Below are positions 46,544 through 58,578 of a stretch of DNA of 64,000 nucleotides, piece after piece (position 1 is the first letter of the stretch; every line of letters starts with the position of its first letter). The stretch lies in assembly GCA_003152105.1 (NCBI GenBank), contig PLZJ01000003.1:6899-70898 (forward strand). Reading direction: 5' to 3'. The notes under the pieces are model-generated. The model had not been told where the DNA came from. It saw only the letters and a program-made list of their open reading frames with translations, and did no database searches. The translations under genes were made by a program, and so were the position numbers. This stretch comes from Candidatus Levyibacteriota bacterium (lineage in GTDB: Bacteria > Patescibacteriota > Microgenomatia > Levybacterales > UBA12049).

Positions 46544-48406
46544 CTACTCTTGAGCAACTCTGAGGACTTCCTCAACAGTAGTAGCTCCTGCGAGTACCTT
46601 TAAATATCCATCCTGCTTCATGGTTATCATACCTTCTTCAATTGCTTTCTTTTCTATAGTAGTACTATCTGCTTTTTCAATAATGAGTTTTACAATACTG
46701 TCTGAAATAACTAATATCTCAAATATACCAACTCTACCAAGATATCCTGAATCACCACATTGACTACATCCTTTGCCCTTAAAAAACTTAATATCATTTG
46801 CGTTTTGTGGAAATAGCTTACCAAGTACCACCTTCATTTGTTCAATAATTGGATTTGGTGGAGCAAATGATATTTTGCAATGCTGACAAATCTTTCGAAC
46901 TATACGCTGTCCAAGTATTGCGTTCATGGTTGACGCAAGTAAAAAGCTTTCAGCACCAAGATCAGTAAGTCTTGGAAGTGCTCCAGCTGCATTTGAAGTA
47001 TGAAGGGTTGAAAAAACTAAATGACCAGTAAGTGCTGCTTGCACAGCAAGTCCTGTTGTTTCAGGATCTCTAATTTCACCAACTAAAATGATATTTGGAT
47101 CTTGTCGTAAAAAAGATCGAAGACCTGAGGCAAAAGTAAGACCTACTGCAGGATTTATTTGTACTTGATTAACTCCGGCCATTTGATACTCAACAGGATC
47201 CTCAAGTGACATTATATTAACACGTGCTGTATTGAGCCTTGATAAAACCGCGTAAAGTGTTGTAGTTTTTCCACTTCCGGTTGGTCCGCAAACAATTATT
47301 ATGCCATGTGGTCGAAGCATTGATGTTTCTAGATTTCGAAGCGCGGGCCCAGCCAAACCGAGTTCTCCAAGCGTTGGAACCCCTCCGCTTTTTCGAAGAA
47401 GTCTCATAACGATTTTTTCACCTGTAACAGTTGGAAGGACTGATACGCGAAGATCTACCTCTTCTTTTCCAACTTTAAAATTAAATCTTCCATCTTGAGG
47501 GATTCTATGTTCATCTATTTTCATTTCTGAAAGTATTTTGATACGAGAAATTAACGCTTCTTGTACGCTTTTTGGGAGCGTTAACTTATCGTATAAAATT
47601 CCGTCAATTCTATAACGAACACGAACTCTATTTTCCTGTGGTTCAATATGCACATCTGAAGCTCTACTTGAAACGGCAAAATCTAAAATTGTTGAAACAA
47701 TTTTTGCAATTGGTGCTTCTTTAATAATATCTCCAATTTTTGCACTATCTACTGTTGGGGCTTTATGTTCAATTTGTGTTTCTTTTATGGCTTCAGTGAC
47801 TTCACCAACAAGCTCTTGTCTGTATTGTTCTTCAATAGCTGTTTTTATTTCTGGTTCTGATGCTGCAAATGATTTTATGACACACCCTGTTTTTTGTTGC
47901 ACAAATGAAACAGCATCCAAATCAACTGGATTTGCCATAGCAATGGAAAGTGTATTTGACTTATCATCAAATAAAAATGGGATGAGTAGAAACCGCTCAG
48001 CAACACTCCTTGGGATTAAATTTAATGCTTGAGGAGAAAAAGCTGTTGTTGCAAGTGAGATGTAGGGAATACCAAACATTTGTGCTCTTGCTTCAGCAAT
48101 TTTTTCAACAGGAATAGTATGCATTTCCGAAAGCACCTCTTCAGACGTTTTACCCGTCATTGCAGACTGTACTTTTACTTGATCATATTGAGTTTTTGAA
48201 ATAGCTTGCTCATGTAACAAAATATCGAGTATTGAATTCGAACTTACTGAAGAAAGTCCTGCTCCATTTTCATTAATTGGAACATCAGGTATAGGAGGGG
48301 TTACAACAAGATCAGGCATTATAGTAATAGTATCATACCTATAATCGGTGTCAATCATAAACGACAATAGTTCATGATACAATCGAGGCATTATGATAAG
48401 CACCAT
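46544..48406 (-). CDS. pilB: Type IV pilus assembly ATPase PilB (GspE family)
   Basis: GPTGSGKTTTLYA Walker A, CxxC tetracysteine motif, N-terminal GSPII_E_N region. The true start is probably internal. Confidence 0.85.
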   Translation of the reverse strand: MVLIIMPRLYHELLSFMIDTDYRYDTITIMPDLVVTPPIPDVPINENGAGLSSVSSNSILDILLHEQAISKTQYDQVKVQSAMTGKTSEEVLSEMHTIPVEKIAEARAQMFGIPYISLATTAFSPQALNLIPRSVAERFLLIPFLFDDKSNTLSIAMANPVDLDAVSFVQQKTGCVIKSFAASEPEIKTAIEEQYRQELVGEVTEAIKETQIEHKAPTVDSAKIGDIIKEAPIAKIVSTILDFAVSSRASDVHIEPQENRVRVRYRIDGILYDKLTLPKSVQEALISRIKILSEMKIDEHRIPQDGRFNFKVGKEEVDLRVSVLPTVTGEKIVMRLLRKSGGVPTLGELGLAGPALRNLETSMLRPHGIIIVCGPTGSGKTTTLYAVLSRLNTARVNIMSLEDPVEYQMAGVNQVQINPAVGLTFASGLRSFLRQDPNIILVGEIRDPETTGLAVQAALTGHLVFSTLHTSNAAGALPRLTDLGAESFLLASTMNAILGQRIVRKICQHCKISFAPPNPIIEQMKVVLGKLFPQNANDIKFFKGKGCSQCGDSGYLGRVGIFEILVISDSIVKLIIEKADSTTIEKKAIEEGMITMKQDGYLKVLAGATTVEEVLRVAQE

Positions 48407-49064
48407 AGTTATCGGTAGTAGTCCTGAAAAAAGAATAGCGGCAGTACTGCAAATATGCAGTAGCGAAGGAATTGATGCGCTAGATATTGCAGTTTACAGC
48501 ATGTATGAGGAAGTAAAAGGAAAAAAAACAACGGTTTTAGGTATAGAAAATATACGAGAAGCTTCTGAAAATATGCATCTTTCTCCTTTTAAAGGGGAAC
48601 AAAAAGCACTCATATTTCATGCCGAAGATATTACCATACAAGCGCAAAATGCACTACTTAAAGTATTTGAAGAACCACCAAGACACACCACAATTTTCTT
48701 GTCTCTTACAAACAGTACAAATCTTCTTTCAACTATCTTATCCAGATCAAAACTACAACAACTTGAGGAAACGATATTGGTAGATGACGCAAGTTTTAAA
48801 AAGTTACAGGATATTTTAACTCTTTCACTACCTGCAAAGCTCAAAATGGCACAGGACATAGGAAAAGACAAAGGTGAAGCATTATTTTTTCTTTATGGAA
48901 TTTTGACCTCTTATGAGAAAGCATTATATGCACAAGATGAAAAGGTAGCTTTTTCGAATACTGAGCTTGTGATACTTAAAAAAATTCAAAACGCCTATCA
49001 AACAATAACAAAAACAAATGTTTCACCGCGCTTTGTTTTAGAACATTTATTTTTATCACTGTAA
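48393..49064 (+). CDS. holB: DNA polymerase III delta-prime-like clamp-loader subunit (degenerate P-loop)
   Basis: ALLKVFEEPP box and SRS sensor-like motif. N-terminal P-loop region is degenerate. Confidence 0.55.
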   Translation: MISTIVIGSSPEKRIAAVLQICSSEGIDALDIAVYSMYEEVKGKKTTVLGIENIREASENMHLSPFKGEQKALIFHAEDITIQAQNALLKVFEEPPRHTTIFLSLTNSTNLLSTILSRSKLQQLEETILVDDASFKKLQDILTLSLPAKLKMAQDIGKDKGEALFFLYGILTSYEKALYAQDEKVAFSNTELVILKKIQNAYQTITKTNVSPRFVLEHLFLSL

Positions 49065-49499
49065 TTTACCAAGACTTCTAAGCTTTTTTCTAATTTTTTG
49101 CCCTTCATACAAATGTCTTTTATAAAATGGGACACGAACAACAGGGAAACCTTTTTCTTCAAAAATGCCATTTGACCATTCATTTTGACCAAATGTTACC
49201 TCAAAGTTGGAAACAAGTTTTGTTATGTCTTTAAACCATTTTTCATCACTAGGTGAATCTGCTAGACCGTAGATATTAGCAACTCTGTCTTTTATTCCAA
49301 GTTCAGCAATTTTTTCCTCAACCCATTTCCTTCTTTTGTCATATGAATAAGGATTATCATTATCATGTTTATCAATGCTTCCTATTATAATAGTGATTGT
49401 TTTAGCATGTTTTAACGATTCAGTTATAAGATATAAGTGGCCTTTATGCAGTGGTTGAAATCTACCAATAACGAGTCCATGTTTCCATTTTGCTATCAT
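49056..49499 (-). CDS. Cytidylyltransferase-family nucleotidyltransferase (NMN adenylyltransferase-like)
   Basis: GRFQPLHKGH (HxGH) nucleotidyltransferase motif. ~147 aa. Confidence 0.55.
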   Translation of the reverse strand: MIAKWKHGLVIGRFQPLHKGHLYLITESLKHAKTITIIIGSIDKHDNDNPYSYDKRRKWVEEKIAELGIKDRVANIYGLADSPSDEKWFKDITKLVSNFEVTFGQNEWSNGIFEEKGFPVVRVPFYKRHLYEGQKIRKKLRSLGKLQ

Positions 49500-49559
49500 A
49501 TTGTAATAGTATTATATAGTAACGGTTGTAGAAATATGTAAATAAATTTGGTAGAATAA

Positions 49560-51521
<1,962 letters not shown>

Positions 51522-51547
51522 ATATATAATAGTAGATGCAATAGATT

Positions 51548-51739
51548 ATGGTGAAGTTTGTTTTAGCGGCAATATTTTTTGCAGTTTCGGCAATAGTTTA
51601 TTTTGTAAACAATACCGTTGTCGCGAATAATCCAACCTTCCAAGAAGGATTAGATTTATTATTATCAATCGCATTTATTGGATGCAGTGTCTATTTTTTT
51701 GTAAAACACGAGGGGGTGAAAAAAGAACATGAATTATAA
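51548..51739 (+). CDS. Small two-TM membrane protein
   Basis: ORF only. Hydrophobic. Confidence 0.3.
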   Translation: MVKFVLAAIFFAVSAIVYFVNNTVVANNPTFQEGLDLLLSIAFIGCSVYFFVKHEGVKKEHEL

Positions 51740-52250
51740 ACAGCTAAAAACAGGAAAAAATCCAAACGAAGGAGAACTGAATGTATTTATAGAAATACCA
51801 AAGGACTCAAGTATTAAATATGAATTAGATAAAGAATCTGGGGTTATTATGGTAGATCGATTTCTCTATACTGCAATGGCATTTCCTTTTAATTATGGAT
51901 TTGTGCCACAAACACTTGCTGAAGATGGTGATCCGTTAGATGTATTAGTACTTGCAGATAAATCAGTTGCACCAGGAACTGTCATGCCTTCAGTGGTAAT
52001 TGGCATGCTCGAAATGGAAGACGAAGCAGGCATTGATACAAAGATTCTCTGTGTTCCAACAGAAAAAATTGATCCACTCTTTGGAGCATATAAAGACATT
52101 ACAGATGTACCTTTGGCATTAAAACAAAAAATTAAGCATTTTTTTGAAAACTATAAAACACTTGAAAAAGGTAAATGGGTAAAATTAAAAGATTTCTTAG
52201 GAAAGGATCTTGCACTCGAAGCAGTGAAGAAATCACTCACTTCTGCCTAA
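51729..52250 (+). CDS. ppa: Inorganic pyrophosphatase (family I)
   Basis: DGDPLDVLV and EDEAGIDTKIL family I PPase motifs. Confidence 0.85.
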   Translation: MNYKQLKTGKNPNEGELNVFIEIPKDSSIKYELDKESGVIMVDRFLYTAMAFPFNYGFVPQTLAEDGDPLDVLVLADKSVAPGTVMPSVVIGMLEMEDEAGIDTKILCVPTEKIDPLFGAYKDITDVPLALKQKIKHFFENYKTLEKGKWVKLKDFLGKDLALEAVKKSLTSA

Positions 52251-52297
52251 AAATGCCCAATTTCGAGTATAGTAAACTGCTTTAGAAAGGTAATAGT

Positions 52298-54832
52298 ATG
52301 GATATTGGAAAAATTAATAAAATAGAAATTACAAAAGAAGTTAAAAAAGCGTACTTAAATTACGCTATGTCAGTTATTGTTTCCCGTGCGCTTCCTGACG
52401 CAAGAGATGGTTTAAAACCAGTACACAGAAGAATTCTTTTTGCCATGCATGAAATGAATTTAACGCATACAGCAAAATATGCAAAAAGCGCAAAAATCGT
52501 CGGAGAAGTTATGGGTAAATACCATCCTCATGGCGATGTGCCTATTTATGATTCACTTGTTCGACTTGCGCAAGACTTTGCAATGCGTTATCCTCTCATT
52601 CAAGGACAAGGTAACTTCGGTTCTATTGATGGCGATCCTCCTGCTGCAATGCGTTACTCTGAAGCCCGAATGGCAGCAATTACCTCAGAACTTCTTGCTG
52701 ATTTAGATAAAGAAACCGTTGATTTTATTCCAAACTTTGATGGTTCAGAAAATGAACCAGTGTACATGCCAGCAAAACTTCCCAATTTACTGCTCATGGG
52801 ATCTGAGGGTATTGCGGTTGGTATGGCAACTAAAATTCCTCCACATAATTTAACTGAGGTAATTAATGCAATTACTTACATGATTGGGAAAACGACTGTT
52901 TCTGATCCTTCAAAAAAGCCAACTGCAAAAAGTAAAGCAATAGAGGAAGATACGAATGAAACAAAAGCAAATGCGCTAACAATTACCTCAGACGTAAGTG
53001 TTGAGGAACTCCTTGAATACATTAAAGGTCCTGATTTTCCAACTGCAGGTAGTATTTATGACTGGAGTGAAATACGAAATGTTTACACAACCGGTCGCGG
53101 AAAAATCCTAATTCGAGGCAAAGCTGATATTGAAGAAATAGGACAAGGAAAATCTGCAATTATTATCACTGAACTTCCTTATCAGGTAAATAAAGCACTC
53201 CTTGTTGCCAGAATTGCACAACTGGTCAAAGAAAAGAAACTAGATGGCATTACCGATCTTCGAGATGAGTCAGACAGGCATGGTATACGAGTTGTGATAG
53301 AACTAAAACGTGATACAACTCCCAAAAAAGTACTCAATAATCTGTTCAAACACACAACTTTGCAAACTAGTTTTCCAGCAAATATTGTAGCGCTCGTAAA
53401 TGGAACTCCACAAACGCTCAATTTAAAAGCAATTCTTGAGGAATATTTAAGACATCGATATATCGTTATTCGAAGAAGATCTGAATTTGAACTTAGACAA
53501 GCAAAGGCAAGAGAACACATCCTAGAAGGATTAAAAATTGCTGTAGATCATATTGACGAGGTAATAAAAACTATTCGTGCATCACAAACACAAGAAGAAG
53601 CAAAACAAAACTTAATGAAAAACTTCAAATTGTCAGAACTACAAGCAGTTGCCATATTAGATATGCAACTTCGACGACTTGCAGCGCTTGAGCGAAAAAA
53701 GATTGAAGATGAATTAAAATCTGTCAGAGAAACAATAGCGTTTTTAGAAGATCTACTCGCACATGGAGAAAAAATACTCGATGTAATCAAAACTGAACTT
53801 GCACACATTAAAGATAAATATGGCGATGCAAGACGAACAAAGGTATATAAAGGAAAAGTTGGTGAATTTTCAGAAGAAGATCTTATTCCAAATGAATCAA
53901 CCGTCATAACGCTTACTGCTACTGGCTATATTAAAAGACAAAGCATGACCTCTTTTAGAACACAACATAGAGGTGGAAAAGGAGTAAAAGGAATGACTAC
54001 AAAAGATGAAGATACAATCGCACACATTCATTACGCACAAACCCATGACTTTATTCTCTTTTTCACAAACAAAGGGAAAGTATATCAACTCCGTGCATTT
54101 GAAATTTCTGAAACGCAGCGAACAAGCAAAGGTACTGCAATTGTTAATTTATTAAATATTGAAGCTGGTGAAGTTGTTGAATCATTTATTACCTATAAAA
54201 AGGACGAGATAAAGAATAAAAATATCTTCTTAACAACAAGAAAAGGAACAGTTAAAAAAACAAAAGTTTCTGAGTTTGAAAATATACGTCGCTCTGGCAT
54301 TGTTGCCATACGACTTGATAGCGGAGATGAGCTTGTATGGAGTTTGCTCACTGATGGAACAGCAGACATTTTGCTCATTACTCGAAACGGCAAAGCAATC
54401 AGGTTTACCGAAAGCGCAGTCAGACCTCTTGGACGAGCAACACAAGGAGTTCGGGGCATTAAACTAAAGGCTGACGATTATGTTATTGGCATGGATATTA
54501 TTGAAAAAGGCAAGAAACACGATGTACTTGTTATTATGGAAAATGGACTTGGAAAAAGAACAACGTCTGAGATGTTTAGAAATCAAAGTAGGGGAGGACA
54601 AGGTGTACTGCTTGCAAACGTAACACAAAGAACTGGAAAAGTAGCAGTAGCACAAATACTTCCTCCTGATACAAATGGACTTATTATCACTTCAAAAAGA
54701 GGACAGGTTGTCAAGCTCTCAACAGATACTATTCCAAAATTATCAAGAGTCACGCAGGGCGTTATACTTATGCGCTTCTCAAACACAAATGATAAAGTAG
54801 TATCAGCAACAAGCGTTGAATCTGAAACATAA
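52298..54832 (+). CDS. gyrA: DNA gyrase subunit A
   Basis: AAMRYSEARM active-site Tyr motif, beta-pinwheel C-terminal repeats. Confidence 0.95.
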   Translation: MDIGKINKIEITKEVKKAYLNYAMSVIVSRALPDARDGLKPVHRRILFAMHEMNLTHTAKYAKSAKIVGEVMGKYHPHGDVPIYDSLVRLAQDFAMRYPLIQGQGNFGSIDGDPPAAMRYSEARMAAITSELLADLDKETVDFIPNFDGSENEPVYMPAKLPNLLLMGSEGIAVGMATKIPPHNLTEVINAITYMIGKTTVSDPSKKPTAKSKAIEEDTNETKANALTITSDVSVEELLEYIKGPDFPTAGSIYDWSEIRNVYTTGRGKILIRGKADIEEIGQGKSAIIITELPYQVNKALLVARIAQLVKEKKLDGITDLRDESDRHGIRVVIELKRDTTPKKVLNNLFKHTTLQTSFPANIVALVNGTPQTLNLKAILEEYLRHRYIVIRRRSEFELRQAKAREHILEGLKIAVDHIDEVIKTIRASQTQEEAKQNLMKNFKLSELQAVAILDMQLRRLAALERKKIEDELKSVRETIAFLEDLLAHGEKILDVIKTELAHIKDKYGDARRTKVYKGKVGEFSEEDLIPNESTVITLTATGYIKRQSMTSFRTQHRGGKGVKGMTTKDEDTIAHIHYAQTHDFILFFTNKGKVYQLRAFEISETQRTSKGTAIVNLLNIEAGEVVESFITYKKDEIKNKNIFLTTRKGTVKKTKVSEFENIRRSGIVAIRLDSGDELVWSLLTDGTADILLITRNGKAIRFTESAVRPLGRATQGVRGIKLKADDYVIGMDIIEKGKKHDVLVIMENGLGKRTTSEMFRNQSRGGQGVLLANVTQRTGKVAVAQILPPDTNGLIITSKRGQVVKLSTDTIPKLSRVTQGVILMRFSNTNDKVVSATSVESET

Positions 54833-54843
54833 TGTAAAAGCGC

Positions 54844-55689
54844 ATGAAACTTGATGGAAAAATACTTGCACAAGAAATCTATAACCAACTTTTAGTAAAA
54901 GTAAAAAAGAGTAAAAAAAACGGCAGCACCCCAACACTTGCAGTACTTCTTATTGGCGATTTGCTACCTTCTAAAATCTACGTAGAACAAAAACAAAAAC
55001 ATGCAAAAGCTATTGGCGCAAAAGTAGTCGTATATACCTATCCAACGACCGTAAAAAAAGAAACACTGCTTAAAAAACTACTCATCCTCAATAATGATAA
55101 CAAAACACATGGCATTATTATCCAACAACCATTACCAAGCCATTTGTCCGCAGATGAACTTTTACATGTTGTAGAAAATGAAAAAGACGTTGATGGACTT
55201 GCAAAAGAAACAAATTTTGTTTTTCCTCTCTCACTTGCGCTCCTTCGCGTATTACAAGAAGTGTTTGATTTGGAAAAAGCAAAAGGAACATTTATGTCCT
55301 GGCTTTTAAAACAGCGTATTGTTATTGTTGGTAAAGGAAAAACAGGAGGAGGACCTTTATTTCATACGCTTACTAAACTTGGCGTAAAGCCGCAAGTTGT
55401 TGATAGTAAAACAAAAAATGCGTTAGTGCTTTATAAAAACGCAGATATTGTAATTTCTGCAGTTGGTAAGAAAAACGTGGTAACAGGGAAAATGATAAAA
55501 AAAGGCGCAATTGTTATTGGCGTTGGACAACATAGGGAAAATGATGGTAAGTTACACGGCGATTTTAATCAAACTGATATAGCAAAAGTAGCAAAATATT
55601 ATACGCCAACACCAGGTGGTATGGGTGCATTAAACGTTGCATTTTTGATGGAAAACGTTGTCAAAGCAGCAAAGCAGCAAAAGAAATAA
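54844..55689 (+). CDS. folD: Bifunctional methylene-THF dehydrogenase/methenyl-THF cyclohydrolase
   Basis: TPTPGGMGALNVAFLMENV and GKKNVVTGKMIKKGAIVIGVG motifs. Confidence 0.85.
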   Translation: MKLDGKILAQEIYNQLLVKVKKSKKNGSTPTLAVLLIGDLLPSKIYVEQKQKHAKAIGAKVVVYTYPTTVKKETLLKKLLILNNDNKTHGIIIQQPLPSHLSADELLHVVENEKDVDGLAKETNFVFPLSLALLRVLQEVFDLEKAKGTFMSWLLKQRIVIVGKGKTGGGPLFHTLTKLGVKPQVVDSKTKNALVLYKNADIVISAVGKKNVVTGKMIKKGAIVIGVGQHRENDGKLHGDFNQTDIAKVAKYYTPTPGGMGALNVAFLMENVVKAAKQQKK

Positions 55690-55732
55690 TAATATTGACA
55701 ATTAAAACAATTTAGATCACTATATAGCTAAG

Positions 55733-56197
55733 ATGGTAAAAATAATATCAGTTGATCCAGAAGCAAATAGACGTAAAAGAGAAGCAGCTTATAGTAAGTT
55801 CATGGCAAGCTTTTCTGCAATGGATTCATTTAGTAAGTTAATGGCAGTTACGTTTGTTATTTTGCTCATTTTAACCCCTATTGTTGTCTTTAATACGCAG
55901 CTATATACTACCTCACAAAACGCCTCATCTGAGTTTAAAATAACTTCTCCTCTTAATAACTCTATAGTGCTTAAAAATGCGCAAGTATCTGTGGAAGCAG
56001 CTGCTACTGATCCTACAATTACAAAAGTTGATATGTATGTACAAGGAAAATTCTTATGCGAATCAGTAGCTAAACCATTTTTATGCATATGGGAAGTGCC
56101 TAATTTAAGTGACCAACAGTTCGTCATTCAAGCAAAAGCATTTACCAGTTCCCAAGAGCTACCTGAACAATCAATAACCGTTTCAACAGGGCATTAA
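55733..56197 (+). CDS. Membrane-anchored hypothetical protein with Ig-like ectodomain
   Basis: One TM helix, then a beta-rich region. No motif. Confidence 0.35.
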   Translation: MVKIISVDPEANRRKREAAYSKFMASFSAMDSFSKLMAVTFVILLILTPIVVFNTQLYTTSQNASSEFKITSPLNNSIVLKNAQVSVEAAATDPTITKVDMYVQGKFLCESVAKPFLCIWEVPNLSDQQFVIQAKAFTSSQELPEQSITVSTGH

Positions 56198-56244
56198 ACC
56201 CTCCTTTTTTTCGTGCGTATTTAGGCACGATTTAATCTTATAGT

Positions 56245-56790
56245 TTGATTTTTGGCTTCTTTTTGGGTATAATTACCTTTTACCAATTTCTTATGAAAAA
56301 CGTAAAACAACGACTACTTGACTTAAAAAACCTTCGTTTTGAAGTAAAAGATGCAATGCGTTATGACGACGTAGGTGATTATTATGGAAACACCATTGTT
56401 ACCTATGATATGCAAGATGATATTGTTAATAATGCGATTTTAATCCATGAATTTATTGAATATACGCTCATTCGATCAGCTGGACTTTCTTCAGAACTGA
56501 TTGATCTTTTTGATAATGATGACGATGCTCCTGATAAGTTTCCAAAAGAATACAAATTATATAAAAAGTTCCATAATATGGCAAATAAGGTTGAGAGACA
56601 ATTTATTGAAAATTTAGGCCTCTCGTGGAAACGACATGACAATATTATCTATACTACGCCAGTAACCGTTGCAAAAGCAGTGCAACATATTACCGATACT
56701 ATGCATAAACATCAAAATGAAGTAAATGATCGAAAAATTGAAAAAGCAAAACACGTTGTTGAGGAAAGTGCAGAAAAAAAATCTTCGTAG
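56245..56790 (+). CDS. Hypothetical protein
   Basis: ORF only. Confidence 0.3.
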   Translation: MIFGFFLGIITFYQFLMKNVKQRLLDLKNLRFEVKDAMRYDDVGDYYGNTIVTYDMQDDIVNNAILIHEFIEYTLIRSAGLSSELIDLFDNDDDAPDKFPKEYKLYKKFHNMANKVERQFIENLGLSWKRHDNIIYTTPVTVAKAVQHITDTMHKHQNEVNDRKIEKAKHVVEESAEKKSS

Positions 56791-56794
56791 GCTT

Positions 56795-58204
56795 TTATTT
56801 AATTTCTCCAACCTTTACGTTAAAAGGAAGTTGATATAACCCTCGTTCGAGTCCGTAATTTAGCCGATTTATAATAGAACTTGAGTAATCAAGGGAAAGG
56901 TAATCATCTTTTGGTCGGTAATAAGCTCCCACAAACGAAAAACCTTCAACGTTTTTATACAACCGGGTAATTGCCTCGTCAATTGATTTGCCAAAACCAG
57001 TAACAACTGCTAAATTCCAATCTGATCCAACGCAAACAAGTCCACCTTTGTTTGTTTTCTTCACATCCCAAAGCCATAAGTCTTTTTCTATTTCTGGTCT
57101 ATAATCAATCGTCATATTTGCGGAAACCTGATTATCTTCCTCATCAGTATTCATATTAAATATACGCACACTTGTTGCAACTGTTCCGAGCGTAAATGGG
57201 TTTTGTTTTGCAACAATTTTTTCAAAGAATTCATGCACATGTCCGCACTGAGCAAGTTCTGTAAAAATAGTGTTGTATCCAGGTCTATTTGAACAAAATT
57301 CACCAAAATATATTTTTCCATCCCGTTTAGAAATAAGTAGTGATGCATCCCAGATAAAGAGTCCTTTATGTCTTTTTGCCATTTGATCAACAATTTCTGG
57401 AAAGGCAATTTTATTAATACGATCATCCATGTATGTTGGAAAAACAAGATCTTGCGAACAGCCAGTTTGTACGGATAAATTTCCACTTCCAAATGACTTG
57501 TTCTCTAAATCTATACTTGTTCCCAAAGGCACACCATCATAATAAAGCTTCTCAGGCGTAAGTTCTATAATACCAGGAACAAATTCTTCAAGAATAAAAC
57601 CAAGTTTTTCATATTTATCTGGAAAGTTATCAAGCATTTCAATAATTTGATTTGATGCAAGTCGACTATCTGTTGAATCAGGAACAAAGGTTGGCGCACT
57701 GTCGTGTTGCCCTTTGAGTACCCAAAATTCTTCACTGTCTTTTAAGAAATTAATTCCCTCTTTTATAGAGTTAAATTCCTTTACGCGTGGGGTATAGAGC
57801 TTTCCATAATGTTCTTTTACAAATTCCTTTGCCTTATCACGATCTACTTCAAACATGTAGTCTTCTTTTGTAGGGAAATTACCTTCAAATCCAAGATCTT
57901 TTACTTTATCAGCCCAGCGGTACAAATTATTTTCTTCAAAGAACACAAAATAATTATGAGGATCTTTAATATCTTTCATCTTTTCAACTAACTTATTTGC
58001 TTCTTGAACTGGGAGGAGGCCTTTAAACAGTTCTAGTCTTCTTTTTTTATCAAAATCGCTTTCGTATGCTTTATCCACTTCTTCTTCCATAACATAATCT
58101 TTTACATCTTCAATCATGCCAATTGTTACCTCAAAACCTTCTTGTTGCAGCTTATATGCAATGGGGAGTGAAAGACCAGAAAAAGAGATAAAAATATATT
58201 TCAT
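56795..58204 (-). CDS. ATP-grasp enzyme, phosphoribosylamine-glycine ligase (PurD)-like
   Basis: LEEFVPGIIELTPE and IYFGEFCSNRPG resemble the PurD ATP-grasp motifs VIEEFL.GEE and LEFNCRFGDPE. N-terminus MKYIFISFSG resembles PurD MKVLVIGSGG. Confidence 0.4.
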   Translation of the reverse strand: MKYIFISFSGLSLPIAYKLQQEGFEVTIGMIEDVKDYVMEEEVDKAYESDFDKKRRLELFKGLLPVQEANKLVEKMKDIKDPHNYFVFFEENNLYRWADKVKDLGFEGNFPTKEDYMFEVDRDKAKEFVKEHYGKLYTPRVKEFNSIKEGINFLKDSEEFWVLKGQHDSAPTFVPDSTDSRLASNQIIEMLDNFPDKYEKLGFILEEFVPGIIELTPEKLYYDGVPLGTSIDLENKSFGSGNLSVQTGCSQDLVFPTYMDDRINKIAFPEIVDQMAKRHKGLFIWDASLLISKRDGKIYFGEFCSNRPGYNTIFTELAQCGHVHEFFEKIVAKQNPFTLGTVATSVRIFNMNTDEEDNQVSANMTIDYRPEIEKDLWLWDVKKTNKGGLVCVGSDWNLAVVTGFGKSIDEAITRLYKNVEGFSFVGAYYRPKDDYLSLDYSSSIINRLNYGLERGLYQLPFNVKVGEIK

Positions 58205-58251
58205 TAACTAAACTATTGTAACCCTTTTTACTAAAAAATGTAATATGTTTT

Positions 58252-58575
58252 TTATGATGAAAGCGAAGAAATATCGTGTTCTAGTTCTTTTACAATAAGT
58301 GTCAGGGCGTGTCTTAACTTTTCTTCAATTGCAATACTTCTTTCTTTTAAAAATTCCCAAAGCTCCTCATAATCTCCTTCTGCTTCTTGATCAATAAAGT
58401 GTTTTTTATCACTTTCTGAAAGATGATCTAAGATAGTATGCATTGCAGTATTTCGAAGTGTGAGTTCAAAAAGTTCCTGTAAATGCGCTTTTTCTGTCGT
58501 ATCTATGGGAAGAGAATCTAATTTCGCATAGATAGTTTCCGCATGTACTAAATGACTATAAAAATATGTTTTCAT
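58252..58575 (-). CDS. Small acidic helical hypothetical protein
   Basis: ORF only. Confidence 0.3.
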   Translation of the reverse strand: MKTYFYSHLVHAETIYAKLDSLPIDTTEKAHLQELFELTLRNTAMHTILDHLSESDKKHFIDQEAEGDYEELWEFLKERSIAIEEKLRHALTLIVKELEHDISSLSS

Positions 58576-58578
58576 ATA

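Noticed and set aside
48393-48406. Apparent 14-nt divergent 5' overlap between pilB and the holB-like gene
   Set aside because: The pilB ORF was extended to the most upstream Met. The GspE N-domain probably starts at an internal Met, which removes the overlap.
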